DNA from: Octopus sinensis
Lineage: Eukaryota
Length of the DNA stretch: 64,000 bases
Direction: 5' to 3'
NCBI RefSeq assembly: GCF_006345805.1
Contig: NC_043014.1
Coordinates: 4,836,001 to 4,900,000, forward strand
This document shows positions 41,219 to 55,869 of this stretch, in pieces. The number at the start of each line of letters is the position of its first letter. Positions within the stretch are counted from its first letter, which is position 1. A program made the position numbers and the translations under genes. The notes beneath the pieces were generated by a model. The model saw only the letters and a program-made list of their open reading frames with translations, searched no databases and had not been told where the DNA came from.

Positions 41219-42139
41219 TAAGCAACAAGGATATCCAGAGATAATGCAGTACGATTGTTTCATGCAACTCCATATAATTGAACAATACAATCATTAAATC
41301 AATTTAAAATATAGAGCAATCTTCAGCTGCACAAATACATAGGATATAATTAAATTAAAACAGATTGACACATTAGTATAATTATACGTAAAATCTCAAA
41401 GAAGTTAAGGAGATACACAAAGAACATGTCTCTACTTCAGCATAGAAATTAATAAAATTATCAAGAAATTTATGAATACTTATGAATAGAAAAAATATTC
41501 AACAATTTCTATCCTTTTGTTATAATATTCTTCTTAATAACCCTTTGGTAAACCCTAAACTTCAACTGTATTCATAGCAACATTGTTTAAAATATTTAAC
41601 TATAATATATGATAAGACCTTCCGTTTCATTGTCAATAGTCTGCCAGTGTGCGACCCCCTTAATTATCATCTAATATCTTGTTTTAAGTTTTCCCTTACT
41701 AAACCTCATGGTATTGCTTATAATAATTCTTGATTATTTTATAATTATACCAACTACAATGTCTATCTACTGCCTGAGCCCTCCCCCTAACAGATACTGG
41801 CCTATGTTCTCTCAGCCTTAGATATACAAAGGATTTGTAAATTAGTTTATAAATTAAAACTGACACCATAAAGACAAAAAATCAGTGGTAAGCTGAGTCA
41901 TCTTGATAATTTTAGTAACTGCTATGCTGAAGTAGAGACAACATGTTCTCTGTAATATCTTGGAAATTTTAAGTATACTTATACAAATGTGTCCATCTGT
42001 TGTAATTTAATTAAATCCGACGTTTTTGCAGCTGAAAATTGCTCTAAATTTTAAACTGATGTAATGATTGCATTGTTCAATTAAGTGGAGTTGCATGAAA
42101 CGAACCTACTGCATTATCTCTGGATATCATCTTTGCTTA
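41219..42139. mobile_element. Paralogous MITE in gene D intron 3
   Basis: Same TIRs (taagcaacaaggatatccagagataatgcag...). Confidence 0.75.
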
Positions 42140-42264
42140 TTTTAATTTTAATCCCCTTACTTTGAAATTGTATGGATAATGCCGTACTAAATTCTGGAGC
42201 CTCAACTTAAGTACCATATTCATCCGAATCTATATATATTATATATACATATACATACACACAG

Positions 42265-42369
<105 letters not shown>

Positions 42370-43412
42370 GTAGGAATATGTATATATATGTTGAGTGTAT
42401 ACGGGTAAGTATTTGTGGTTACGACGTGGATTATTATGTATGTTATCATGGGGAAGTGTTAATAGAAGGAGAAAAAGAAAGGAATTCGGTAACGCATGTA
42501 CTCGTGTTTACCCGAAATAGAAAAGGTGTTCACGAGTGAACGGGGATATTTTTGGTGATGGAGTCGGCGACCGATAAAATATACGTGTAGGGTTTATAAG
42601 GAGCAGATACAGAGCATTTTTAAGGAACGTAAGGTTGATTGGGGACGCAGTTTGTAGCAGCAGTTTTGAATTGGAAGTGTCGTAATTACCTTACAAAGAT
42701 ATACTGGATAATTAATGAGGTGATGTGGTGCATGAAAAGAGCAAGGTTTTAGCGATAGGACGATTTCGGTGAGGGGGGGAAGAATAGAAGTGCATTCTGT
42801 ACTCTGTTGTGTTCTCTCACTAATATTTAGTCTCTCTATATATTACTTAATGAATAAAGTCCTTAGCTTTTTCCATCAGTTACTGTATGTGGCTTGTCCA
42901 GTCCTCATTCTACATTGTGCGTTCATTCCATTAACCATTTACAGTCACTGTCATCAATTCTAATAGACTCTATTAAATTTAGCCCACACCTACGATCATT
43001 GTGCACTCTAGTTAATGATTGTCAAGCGGCCACTTTTCAGCTCTGGTCACTCACGTACAATACCACCATCCGTAGCCTCTACAATTGATCACCAGTTAGC
43101 ATCCTTTTCACTTGGTCCGTAGTAGACAACATATAATATTCTGATTTGACCAAATACCCACAAAGGAGTAAGCAGTCTTGTGTAGTGTATGTATAGTCTA
43201 CAGGTATAGACGTTTCAAACGTGACATATCATAAGAGGATTTGAGAATGTTTATGTCAGACAACACGACAAAGGGTGAGTGTGTGTGCGTGTGCGTGAGA
43301 GAGAGGATGATAGGGAAAGAGAGGTAACAAAAAGTGAAAATGAGAGGTATAAAAAGAGAGCAAGAGAAAGACAAAAAGAGAATGAGGGGTCAGAAATATA
43401 AAGTATACTAAC

Positions 43413-43487
43413 CGTCATATACAAGTTTTGAATAAGGAGGACAAGTTGTTCTGCCCCACCGGGTATACAATGATCCGAGACCGGGTT
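43413..43487 (-). CDS. Gene D exon 3
   Basis: cacag/gttagt; identical to gene C exon 3. Confidence 0.9.
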
Positions 43488-44329
43488 CTGTGATATTAAA
43501 ATGAAATAATGTAGTTTAAAAGAAAGAATTGGGGGACAATTTACAAAGTAGATTGTTGGATGGGAAGGAATTGATGGAGAAGAGAGAAATATAGAATTTA
43601 AGAAAGAACGAGTGAATGAATGAAAGTCAGAACGAAAGATGTAAATAATAAGAATAAATTGTAAAGAAAGAAAAAAGACATTTGTCTGTTGAGCCTGTTG
43701 GTGACGTTGATGTCAAAGATTTGAGAGATTAATCTCAGAATATCAGAATGCGTATCGGTCTCCGCTATGAACGGATGTATGTATGATACGTAAACTTGGG
43801 TATGAGTATATATACTTCTCAATAGAACAATGATAAAACTCAATAGAATAATGATAAAATATTCGCCAGGTGCGAATATTCATCGGTCAATTACAAATAT
43901 CAGTTGGTGCTCGGCGCAAATAGGGCCATCATAACTACAATATGAAAATAACAACCATACCGCATCATTTGTCGATTTAGTTAAAAGACATCACATCCGG
44001 ATCTCGAGTAGAGGAGTCCGTTCGATAAATATATTGCACACCTCATCCAATACGGGTGCAGTCAGCAACTTAATCTGGGGTGTGTGGGGTGGTCGCACAA
44101 CATTGACGGTCTCAGGAAACCAAAGCAGATCAAGAAGGGAACAAACTTTAATAATTGAGAATTTAACTGTCTGAATTGTTATATATAATCTGCGTGTAAG
44201 ATATAATCGGTGTCTTCTCTACAAAATTTCCTTTCTCCGATAGCGTACACTTGGATATAGGCTTGAAACTCCACTACGCAACTGTGGTGCCAACAATGTC
44301 TGTACAGGTGGGATTAGGATACTCTCAAT

Positions 44330-45900
44330 CCCCAGCTTTCGGATTGTATTATGGAGTGAAACCTACTAGGTGTGAGGGTTCACCTCTTGAAGCAAAGGCT
44401 GAATATGAAGGACCACTGTGGCTGCTGTAAGTATATTCAGGAAACAGAGGGGTCAAATACAAATCCTACCTAAGCAAATTCACCAGAACTTTAAATATAT
44501 TTGGGGTAAAGTCATTTGTCCTGCAAGGAGACTGCAGTGCACACCTTGGCACTGATAGCCGTGAGAAGGATTGATTGGAAGGAATGTCGTCAGTGAACTT
44601 AATGGAGAGGTCATAGCAGCCTTCTGTGCAGGATACACACTCTCCTCTCTATGGTATAGATATTATTTTAAGACAGGGATATTTATAAGGGTACCTGGTA
44701 TAGAAATACTTGGTGACAGACGTTTTTGATAGAGTTCGGTCATCTTTCTCTCTTTGCTGAACGTTCGGGTAAAGGAGGGGTGGAGTTGTCAACTCGTCAC
44801 TACCTAAATGTCTAAAAATCTGAAAATTCCTACGGTCTGCTGAACACTGGAAATTGGTAAGTCCAGTGCGACCTACAGAATACAGTTGGAAGCCGCAGAT
44901 ATAAAATTGTGGAGACTTTTGCATCCAAATTGGGAGTGACCATCCGGAATGAATTTGGACATCGAAATGGATTCGTGATTGTATTATTATTTTCGTCAGG
45001 TTCTTCTTCGGTTGAACGCTTATTTGAGCTAAACTCACTTAAAAGTGATAAAGCTGCTGGTGAAAAGCACGTTCGGCTTGATATTTTAGAAACCTTGAAT
45101 TCAGATGGTAATCTGTGAGTGACCCATGTACGCTAGGTTGATGGGACCTCTTCAAAAAACACCAAGGCAATGGTAATATGGTGTGATAATCACAATTTTT
45201 CAAACAGAGACCAAGTAGCGTGTTCTAATTATAGAAAAGCCTACACTAGATGACAGGAAAAGACATTTAGGGAAATTGTCGCGCCCAAGATTACTGTCCA
45301 GGACGCACTACACCCGACCACATAATCTTTCAAGGACAGATCTTCAAGAAATCGTTGAAGCATTTCCAAGATTTATTCGCTGTAAACCACGAAAATGCAC
45401 ACGATCACGTGCCCTGGGGCATGTTACGGATGGTTTACCAGGAAGGTGATTTTAATGGTTGCCATAAAGTACTTATATGGATGTTCAAATGATTGTATTT
45501 ATGTAAAAGTCGAAATTTTTCAACGAGAAGGTTTCACTTTTTGAAGTGTGCATTGTTAGTGCCCCTTCTCACATTCTTTTTGTGATCTGGTTGAATATGC
45601 GCAGCCATTGTGGTAGAGGTATCCCAATCCATCTCTACGTGATCGGTCGACTGTTATTTGTAGACGACATGCTGCTACCTGATTCGTCTGATGGTCACTA
45701 ACAACGTGCATTGAATTGGTTGGCTGCCGAGTACCCAAAGGCAGGATTGACAAATGCGCACTGTGTAGGAAAGTGGAACATCATTATTTCGGGTCTCTAT
45801 TCACGAACGATTGGAAGCACAAGAGTGGACAGAATGCTGAATTGTAGATATAAACGCAGTGAAGCGCCAGCTCGGGCATTTGATTCTCAGATGAAGAGTT
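44330..45900 (+). mobile_element. Degraded RTE-type LINE relic, gene D copy
   Basis: Near-identical to 10230-11800. Confidence 0.7.
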
Positions 45901-46156
45901 CTTGGTACAATTATCGACGTAGCACTGCATATATACTCATATACACACAATAAATGGCATAGTATATAAAAGCATTTTATTCAGGAAATTATTGTAAAGT
46001 ACAATATAGTTTGAAATAAATTCAGGCAAGTGTCTTAGTATATATTATTGTGGACATATGGATAGTAATGTGGAACTAATTCAAAGTTGGTAAAATTATA
46101 AATCATTAGTTAAGGAGACACGGGTAAAAGACTTTAGCCATAAAATTAGTTCTTAC

Positions 46157-46208
46157 TTGGTGTGTCATCAGGTTTATCGTCGAGAGATTTCTTTGAGATG
46201 AAACGGTT
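46157..46208 (-). CDS. Gene D exon 2
   Basis: cacag/gtaaga; synonymous TCC>TCA relative to other copies. Confidence 0.8.
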
Positions 46209-46299
46209 CTGTGAAAAAATAGAAATAGCATCATATAAATAGAACTTCAGGGTATTTAGTATCGTTTAGAACTTAAAACAATGCAACATATTTGGACAG

Positions 46300-46670
46300 G
46301 TATCATTGCCAACACTACCATCTCAACCCCTTAGTAATCTTCTAGAAGGCGCTTCCATCCAGTCAAAGGATTTTCTGAACAATATCAGACAATAAAAATC
46401 TGAATTTCAAATGACATCGTATGGTGAATCTAAGAAGAGAGATAAACATGAATTGACGCCGACGTCAAAGTTCAAGGGCAAGTCTATCCCCTCATTGGTT
46501 CTCTGGTACCCGCGAATGAACAACCAAAGTTCCTCCAAATTTACTCTATGAGAGATGTAGTGCAACAAACCCGACGTGTCAAAATTTCCGATGATGGGTC
46601 GTGCTAGACACAGCGCACACTGCTGCAAAGGAGAGTATATCCACTGACAGCTTTTCGGTGCGTTCAAAAA
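46300..46670 (+). mobile_element. Helitron RepHel fragment, gene D
   Basis: Near-identical to gene B copy. Confidence 0.7.
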
Positions 46671-46996
46671 TCACACAAACCCCACCTCCAATTTTGCATG
46701 ACATGTCAGGGCCTGAAACTCTCCAAACGGACGCAGAGCATGTTGCTTAGTCGAATTAGCCCAGCATTTACTCTACAAATGTTTTGTTGTCAATGTTCCA
46801 CATTCCCATATCACCTGTTTCAAAATGAGTGGAATATATTATATACCAGCTTTGCCATTGTAGTCCCCAGCAATGCTGGGTATTTCTGCTAGTAAACACA
46901 CACACACACACACACACAGAGACACACACATACACATATACACACACATATTTCTACACATATATATATATCTATATCTATATCTATATCTATATA

Positions 46997-47047
<51 letters not shown>

Positions 47048-48430
47048 ATATATACTTAAATTTAATCCAAACAAGAAAGCACAAAGAACACAGCCACGTG
47101 AGGACGTGGAACAAATATAGTATCATCGGACGCTCAGGAAAGAAGGAAAGAAGGAGCGATCAACGTTACGAGCGGAGCTCTTCGTCGGAAACATACGACG
47201 AGGAAAGATCCAGAGGAGGGAAAACAGAGGAAAAAAATCGCCAACGGTCCACACGCGGTCACATTTTGAATGACCGGAAGGAAATAGGTGAAGAAAAGTT
47301 CTTTCAAAGACAGGAGAGTGGTAGAGGAGGAGGAATGTGTTTAAGTGTGGATATGTGCGTTTGCGGAGGTCTGCGTGTGCGTGTGTGTGTATGTGTGTAT
47401 CAGTGCAATGATGACACGTGTGTGTGTGTGTGTGTGTATGTGTGTGTGGTTGTGGCTGTTATTCTTTGCGTGTTGTAGGGCTAGTAGTGATAAGGTCAAC
47501 GAAGGAATTGGGCGTGGCTCCTTTTGTCTCTACCACAGGTCAAGTAGTAGGTACTGCTAGTTTGAGGTATGTGTGTGTGTGCGTGTATGTATATGTATCG
47601 TGTGTGTGTGTGTTTTGTAGTGTTTCTGTGTATGTATGTGTGTTTGTGTGTGTATGCGTCGAGTTTAGGTGTGTGCATTCGTGTGCTTGTGTGCGTGCGT
47701 ATGTGTGCGCATGTTTTTGCGTGTGTGTGTGTCTGTGTCTATATGTGTATACGTATGTGTATGTGCGTGTGCGCGTGTAGGCATTTATTGTGTGTATGTA
47801 TATGTATCGGTTGTATGTGAATTTGTGCATGCGTGTGTATGTGGGTTTTTATGGAGTTGTGTGGGTGTAATGTGCGTGCGCGCGCTTGCGTGCGTGTGTA
47901 CGCTTAAGTACGTGTATGTGCGTGTGTGTCTGTGCCCATGTGTGTATAAGTGTGTGCGTATCTGTATGAGTATTGTTCATTAAAGGTATACGTGGACATC
48001 TGTGCTTGTATGTGTGTATGTACGTGTGGATGCGGGTGTGTGTGCGTGTATTGTGTGTGTATGATATGGCGGTGCCCCAGCATGGCCACAGCTCATTAGC
48101 TGAAACTGGAAAAATCAAATCAAAAATCAAAATCATATCTCTGTGATGACCGTCACAGACCAGGCTATCAATTGTTGCTACACATCGCTGGTCACAATGC
48201 GCTTCGCATTGTTTTAACCTTCAAATGACGCCACCCCGCTGGTTAAGCGAGCAGGCCAACAGAAGAAAGGGAGAAAGTTGTAGCGAAAGAGTACAGCAGA
48301 GATCACAACAACCCACTTCCTGAGAAACGTGGAGCTTTGAACACACACAACGCCCAATCTGAGAATCGAAACCGAGATCCTACAACCGTGAGTCCGCTGC
48401 CCTAAACACTGGGCAACTACGCCTCCATAC

Positions 48431-48485
<55 letters not shown>

Positions 48486-49390
48486 CATATCAATGTATAG
48501 GTATACACGTATACTCAAGCATACACGCCATAAATATCACAAATACACGTATCTACTTATACGCATACACACACACAAACGCACACATATATGTGAGTGG
48601 ACATACACTGTATAGTGTGATTCTTCGTGTACAATTGAGCACGTGTGTCTGTGTGCGTGTGTGTGTGTCTGTGTTTATTTGTGCGTGTGTTTGTCCGTGT
48701 GTCTGTGTGTATGTATTTACATTCGTTCTTACATATTGTTGTATATAAAAACCAACGTGAATTACAGTCAAACATTACGAAATTCACCGATCTACATTGG
48801 CACTCGCACGTTTTATTTTCAGTTGGAAAGAAAAGATTTAAAAAAACTCGCCTCACTTCCGTTCCTGATGGAGAGAAATAGATAAATGTGTGTAAATAAG
48901 TACGTATTCCTATGTGTGTGTGTGTGTGTGTGTTTGTATGTGTCTGTTTCTGTTCCTGTGTGTAAGTGTTCATCTAGATAAAATACTTAACACTAATATT
49001 AATAGGGCTAAACGATGCAGCCACAGGGCATGGCCATGCTAGAACCCCACCATTAGATTTTTTTCATTACGCACTTATTTCCCATTCCAGGATTATGTCT
49101 GGTGAAAGAGCGATCGGACAGGAGTACAATTCCACTCTTCTTTGTGTTTACTTGTGATGTGTGTATATGTATGTATATATAGATATATATATATACAAAA
49201 TGAGAAAATGGAGAAACATATCTAAATCAATCATCAACCATCAGATAATACCCAATCAATACTTTATTAAACCATTACATAACAGCAATGACATTATACA
49301 TAATATATTGCAAATATAACTAGACATGGAAATAGAATTAGAATATACGATTACATCATATCTGACAGATATATGTATATATATATATCC

Positions 49391-49475
<85 letters not shown>

Positions 49476-49492
49476 TAGATAGATAGATAGAT

Positions 49493-49571
<79 letters not shown>

Positions 49572-49911
49572 TGTATGTACATACGTACGTAACAATATAT
49601 GTGTGTATGTATATATGATATGTATATATATATATATAGATGTATGTGTGTGTGTTTGTGTGTATAGCACACATAGTGTGTATGTATCTATGTTTTATGT
49701 ATGTGTCTGTTATTGTCGCACCACTATCGATTCTCAACTGATGTCGGTGTGTTTACGTCCCCGTTACATAGCGGTTCGGCTAGAGATACCGATAGAATGA
49801 GCAATAGGCTAACAAAGAATAATTCCTGAAGTCGATTTGTCCTACTAAACGCAGTGCTCTTGCATGGCCGCAGTCAAATGACTGAAACGGGTAAAAGAAT
49901 ATATTTATATA

Positions 49912-49951
<40 letters not shown>

Positions 49952-50425
49952 TATATATATATAGATAAATAGAGAGATAGAGATAGACAGAGAGATAGAC
50001 AGAGAGATAGACAGAGAGAGAGAGAGATAGACAGAGAGATACAGTGATAGATACACACACGCATATATTTGTTTGTATATATATATCTATATATGTTCAC
50101 GCACTAATATATTCATATATATGTATATTTATATATACATATATATGTATATTATATATACAAATATGCGTATATGTATATATGTGTATGCTTAGGTGTG
50201 TGCGCCTGTGTGTTCGTGTGTAATTACGTGTGTGATCTTATGTGTGTGTGTGTGCTCCATAGGAACATATATACATGCTTCAGGCATACATCCTTACATC
50301 CATCCATCCATCCGTACGTACATACATCCACATATTAATACATACATACGTAAATGCATACATACATACATGCATATATAAATACATAAAGACATAAATA
50401 TATTAACACAAAATCCATGACTTAC

Positions 50426-50569
50426 CGTTTTCGATTTCTCTTCCATTTTTCCTATTCTTGAATCTTGATGAAGAATCACGATCGTCAGAACGAGAAGAAC
50501 CCCAAAAGCTATGAGAGAAGAAATGGAATAACGCTGCGAAATATTCCTGGACAGTTGTGCGAAATCCAT
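50426..50569 (-). CDS. Gene D exon 1 (TM exon); full model 255 aa
   Basis: MDFAQ...SKT, donor gtaagt. Confidence 0.8.
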
Positions 50570-51562
50570 TCTGGTGACAGTTGTCGGTCGTAAGTGATAC
50601 TTCGTGTGGCTTCAACAAAAGATCGAGATGCGAGGTTTAAGCTGAAGACCTGTAACTGAATTCCACGTATTTATTGAGCGCACAACAACCCAGCTCTGGC
50701 AAAGATCTTATCTTAAATTTGTGAACCAATGCGATTGGTGGAACTGTAAAAGTGGGCGTGAACTTATCTGACAGTGGGCGTGAACTTAAATGATTCCTGT
50801 TTCTGGATATATTATGATATATTTATTTACTAATGTTGTTATTTAATTTTATTTGTTATTCTTGGGAAACTGTTTTAATATTCAGTGTGGGAAGTATTTC
50901 GTTCAACCGACAAATAGACAGACACAAACTCATACACACACACTGACACGCAAACACACACGGACACACACACACACAGACACTGACACACATACACACA
51001 GACACTGAGATACACACACACATACACACTCTGACACACATACACACATACACACACTCACACTGACACACACACACACTGACACACACACACACACACC
51101 GACACACACACACACACGCAAACTGACACACACACTGACACACACACATACTGACACACACACATAAACAGACACACTGAATTACACACACAAACACAAG
51201 TACACACATACACACACACTGACAAACACACACACACACTCACACACACACTCACACACACTCTCACACACAGACACACACACACTGAGACACACTGACA
51301 CACTCACATCACACACTGGTGAACACACACACACACACACATACACCCTGACACACACACACACAAACTGACACACACACAACTAAACAAACACACACTG
51401 ACATACACACACAAACACACACACTGAAAATCACACACACACTCACACACACTCACACACACACATGGACACACACTGACACATACACACACTGACACAC
51501 TCACACACACACACACTGGTGCACACACACTCCTACACACACACTGACACACACACACACTG

Positions 51563-51600
<38 letters not shown>

Positions 51601-52704
51601 GCGGGAAAATGCGGGCACTCACGAGCGACCGCAGTTACTGTTGGGGCACAAGGTTGAAGTCAACTCCTCTAGCGAAGTATTTATCAAAGAGAAATACCGA
51701 AGGGAGGTAACTCACGACAGACTCCAGCCTGGCGCTCTAATGGCGTCACTTACTCGTTGTTGTTGACTATGTTTAAGTTAAAGCTATGGCTTTAAGTGTG
51801 TCCAGATATTCCCCTCTTCGGTATTTTCTTTTGATAACGACTGAACTGGAACCCGATAGGGAGCAGCACTGGACTGACATGCTGTTTTTGCAACTTTTTG
51901 CACAGAATTTGCGTTTAGAGATTGAAATATGCCATTAGCACATTTTAACGAACCTAAAAATTGCTTATGCCTAATACTGAGCGCTAATACTGTTCACTGG
52001 AAACGCCATGTTGAATGTTTCCATATATTCATTTGTCAATTTGCATTTCGTGCTTTCATATTACTTAATTATTATTCTTTTTCTCTACCTTTTTCACAAT
52101 CGAGCATTCTTATGGCACGCAATGAATCGGACAAAAAACGTGCTGCCACCCACAGATCCCTCTTTCCACGGATACCTTCGTTTATCTGGCAGCCATTCTA
52201 CAAACTCCCACATACAAGGAGCAATCATGCTGGGTAGAGTGTGAAAGACTCAACATGTTGCACTGATTCCACCTAATGTATATTTTATAAGTCGTCTTCC
52301 TTTCCTTACTAAGTCGTTTATGTGAGTTACAGTTATTGTATGCATGTATCTCGAAGCAAGTTCCACTTCTGCGAGTTTGATAGTTTTATGTTACAGACGG
52401 AGATAATTTGTTGAACTTGATGTTTTGTGGTGTTGCTGTAGATTCGGTTGATGCTGTTCCTGAAGTGTACTCATATTTCTTGGTGGTTTCATATTTTATT
52501 TTGGCACATCAGTGTTCAGGGAACGATGAGAGGCTGCGTGTGTAATGTGACGCGAGGCAGTGTGTTTGTGATTTTTGTAGAAAGGAGAGAATATGTGAAT
52601 GTAGGTTGGAAATAGTTAATCGTGGGGCGTGTACTTGTACCCTTGTCGAAAGTGTTTCGTGAAAACTTCAATGTGTTAGTAACTTGACAAGTAGTTAGGT
52701 AGGA

Positions 52705-54122
52705 CCTACCATCCAACCAGCTAGCCAGCAACCAACCGACAAACCAGTCATGACCAACCAATCCACCACCAACCGACAAACCAGCCAACCAGGTGACCCA
52801 CCAACCAACCAGCCAGCCAGCAACCCACCGACAAACCAGTCATGACCAACCGATACACCACCAACTGACAAACCAGCCAACCAGGTGACCCAACAACCAA
52901 CCAGCCAGCCAGGAACCAACTGACAAACCAGCCAACCAACCGACAAACCAGTCATGACCAACCGATCCACCACCAACTGACAAACCAGCCAACCAGGTGA
53001 CCCACCGACCAATCAGCTAGCCAGCAACCAACCGACAAACCAGTCATGACCAACCGATCCACCACCAACTGACAAACCAGCTAACCAGGTGACCCACCGA
53101 CCAACCAGCCAGCCAGCAACACACCGACAAACAAGCCAACCAGGTGACCCACCATCCAACCAGCCAGCCAGCAACCAACTGACAAACCATTCATGACCAA
53201 CCGATCCACCACCAACTGACAAACCAGCCAACCAGGTGACCCACCGACCAACCAGCCAGCCAGCAACCAACCGACAAACCAGCCAACCAGGTGACCCACC
53301 ATCCAACCAGCCAGCCAGGAACCAACCGACAAACCAGTCATGACCAACCGATCCACCACCATCTGACAAAGCTGCCAACCAAGTGACCCACCGACAAACC
53401 AGCCAGCCAGCAACCAACCGACAAACCAGTCATGACCAACCGATCCACCACCAACTGACAAACCAGCCAACCAGGTGACCCACCGACCAACCAGCCAGCC
53501 AGCAACCAACCGACAAACCAGTCATTACCAACCGATCCACCTCCAACTGACAAACCAGCTAACCAGGTGACCCACCGACCAACCAGCCAGCCAGCAACCA
53601 ACCGACAAACCAGCCAACCAGGTGACCCACCGACCAACCAGCCAGCCAGGAACCAACCGACAAACCAGTCATGACCAACCGATCCACCACCAACTGACAA
53701 ACCAGCCAAGTAGGTGACCAACCATCCAACCAGCCAGCCAGCAACCAACCGACAAACCAGTCATGACCAACCGATCCACCACCAACCGACAAACCAGCCA
53801 ACCAGGTGACCAACCATCCAACCAGCCAGCCAGCAACCAACTGACAAACCAGTCATGACCAACCGATCCACCTCCAACTGACAAACCAGCTAACCAGGTG
53901 ACCCACCGACCAACCAGCCAGCAAGCAACCAACCGACAAACCAGCCAACCAGGTGACCCACTATCCAACCAGCCAGCCAGCAACCAACCGACAAACCAGT
54001 CATGACCAACCGATCCACCACCAACCGACAAACCAGCCAACCAGGCGACCCACCGACCAACCAGCCAACCAGGAGACCCACCGACCAACCAGCCAGCAAG
54101 CAACCAACCGACCAACCTGCCA
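52705..54122. repeat. C/A-rich minisatellite with interleaved 92-bp and 55-bp units
   Basis: tcatgacc period 92 (53430 to 53522); ggtgaccc period 55 (53566 to 53621). Confidence 0.9.
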
Positions 54123-54859
54123 ACAATTCTTTCGGCTGTTATTTTTATATAAACGTCACTGAATAAAAGATGGGTTGGTCACGACTGGATGTCTTCGATC
54201 ATAGATCTGTTCGATTAGGCTTTCATGAGGGCTGGACAAGAACAACAACAACAACAACATTAACAACAACAACATCAATAACAACGAAATACATTAAATA
54301 CGACCGATTCTCTCTAGAATTAGGAACCCGGCGTTGTTTGCGTGAGTCTGGCCGAGGCATTTTGAAATAGCAGCAACATGTCGGGAAGAAGAAGGGTTTC
54401 TACTTAGATTTTAATACAGGATCTTTCGTAAACCTCAATCTCTGGTGCTGGGGGTCGGGGGGGGGGACTTTGATATTGCTGACATGTCTTCTCTTTTAGT
54501 GGTGGTAGTGGCAATGGTTGTAGTTGTGGTGGTGGTCATGGTAGTGGTGGTAGTAGTGCTGGTGCTGGTAATGGTTGTGGTGGCGGTCACGGTTTTGCTG
54601 GTGGTGGCTGTGTTTACCTCCGACGTCTGCCCAATCCAAACAATTCTTTTTTTGCAGTCATTTCTCCGTTCTTTTTTTTTTTTTCAATTTTTTTATTCTT
54701 TTTATTTTCAGACATATTGCCTCTGAGATATAACGAAGATTCGATTCATATCGAAGTCAATTTTAATATTGGATTTACAAGTGCCCAAATCAGTGGTTCC
54801 CAACAGTAGTTAATTTGACAGTTGGGGGTCCATGTAAGATTGCTTTAAAATCTATCTAT

Positions 54860-55080
54860 TTCTTTACTACCCACAAGGGGCTAAACACACAGAGGACAAA
54901 CAAGGACAGACAAGCGGATTAAGTCGGTTATATCAACCCCAGTGTTTCACTGGTACTTTATTTATCGATCCCGAAATGATGAAAGGCAAAGTCGACCTCA
55001 GCGCAATTTGAACACAGAACGTAACCGCAGACGAAATACCACTAAGCATTTCGCCCGGCGTGCTAACGTTTCTACTAGCT
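54860..55080. mobile_element. SINE-type repeat
   Basis: ggcaaagtcgacctc..atttgaac..gaaatacc.ctaagcatttcgcccggcg, a family I recall as abundant in Octopus. Confidence 0.55.
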
Positions 55081-55084
55081 CTTC

Positions 55085-55252
55085 ATCAAAAATTTAAAAA
55101 ACTTTTTTGAAAATTTTCATCAAAATTTTGGAAAGTTTTTTGAAAATTTTGATCAAAATTTAAAAAAACTTTTTGGAAATTTTGATCAAAATTTTTAAAA
55201 ACTTTTTTGAAATTTTGATCAAAATTTTTGAAAAGTTTTCTGAAAAATTTCA
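55085..55252. repeat. ~33-bp AT-rich tandem repeat (about 5 copies) with palindromic core aaattttgatcaaaattt
   Basis: Visible periodicity; the 11-aa repeat NFDQNFQKVFK in the minus ORF reflects it. Confidence 0.8.
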
Positions 55253-55381
55253 TCAGTTGTTCATGAAATACTGCAGATTTCGTTGATAGGGAATATTTTT
55301 TCTCCGGATAGTTATCCAACAAATACACACACGCACACACACACACACAGATGCATATCTATGTACCTGTCTATCTTCTTC

Positions 55382-55451
<70 letters not shown>

Positions 55452-55784
55452 AGTCTGTCTATTTATCTGTCTGTCTTTCTGTTTGTCCGACCGTCAGTCT
55501 GGTTGTCTCTCTTTCTATCACTATTCATCTCTCCCTCCCTCTCCCTCTCTCTCCCCCATTCTCTCCCTCCCCACTTCTCTCTATATATATTTGCCGCAAC
55601 AAGAAATAAAGTGTCTTGCTCAAGGACATAACACGTTGCTAGGAATCGAACATACGAGCTTTCTATCGTGAACCGAATGCCCTAACCACTAAGCCGCGCT
55701 CCTTCACAACCTCACGATGTCTTTCAATCTGTCCGTCCGTCAGTCTGTCTGTCTATTGGCCCGTTCGTCTATCTATCTATCTAG

Positions 55785-55869
<85 letters not shown>

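Noticed and set aside
52705-54122. CRISPR-like repeat/spacer appearance of interleaved units
   Set aside because: There are no unique spacers, the context is eukaryotic, and no cas genes are present.
52695-54126. G/W/L/V-rich ORFs
   Set aside because: They come from the minisatellite; unit lengths 92 and 55 are not multiples of 3 and there are no splice or start features.
54445-54726. Val-rich (+) or Thr-rich mucin-like (-) reading
   Set aside because: Degenerate ACC/ACT trinucleotide repeat, single copy, with no convincing exon boundaries.
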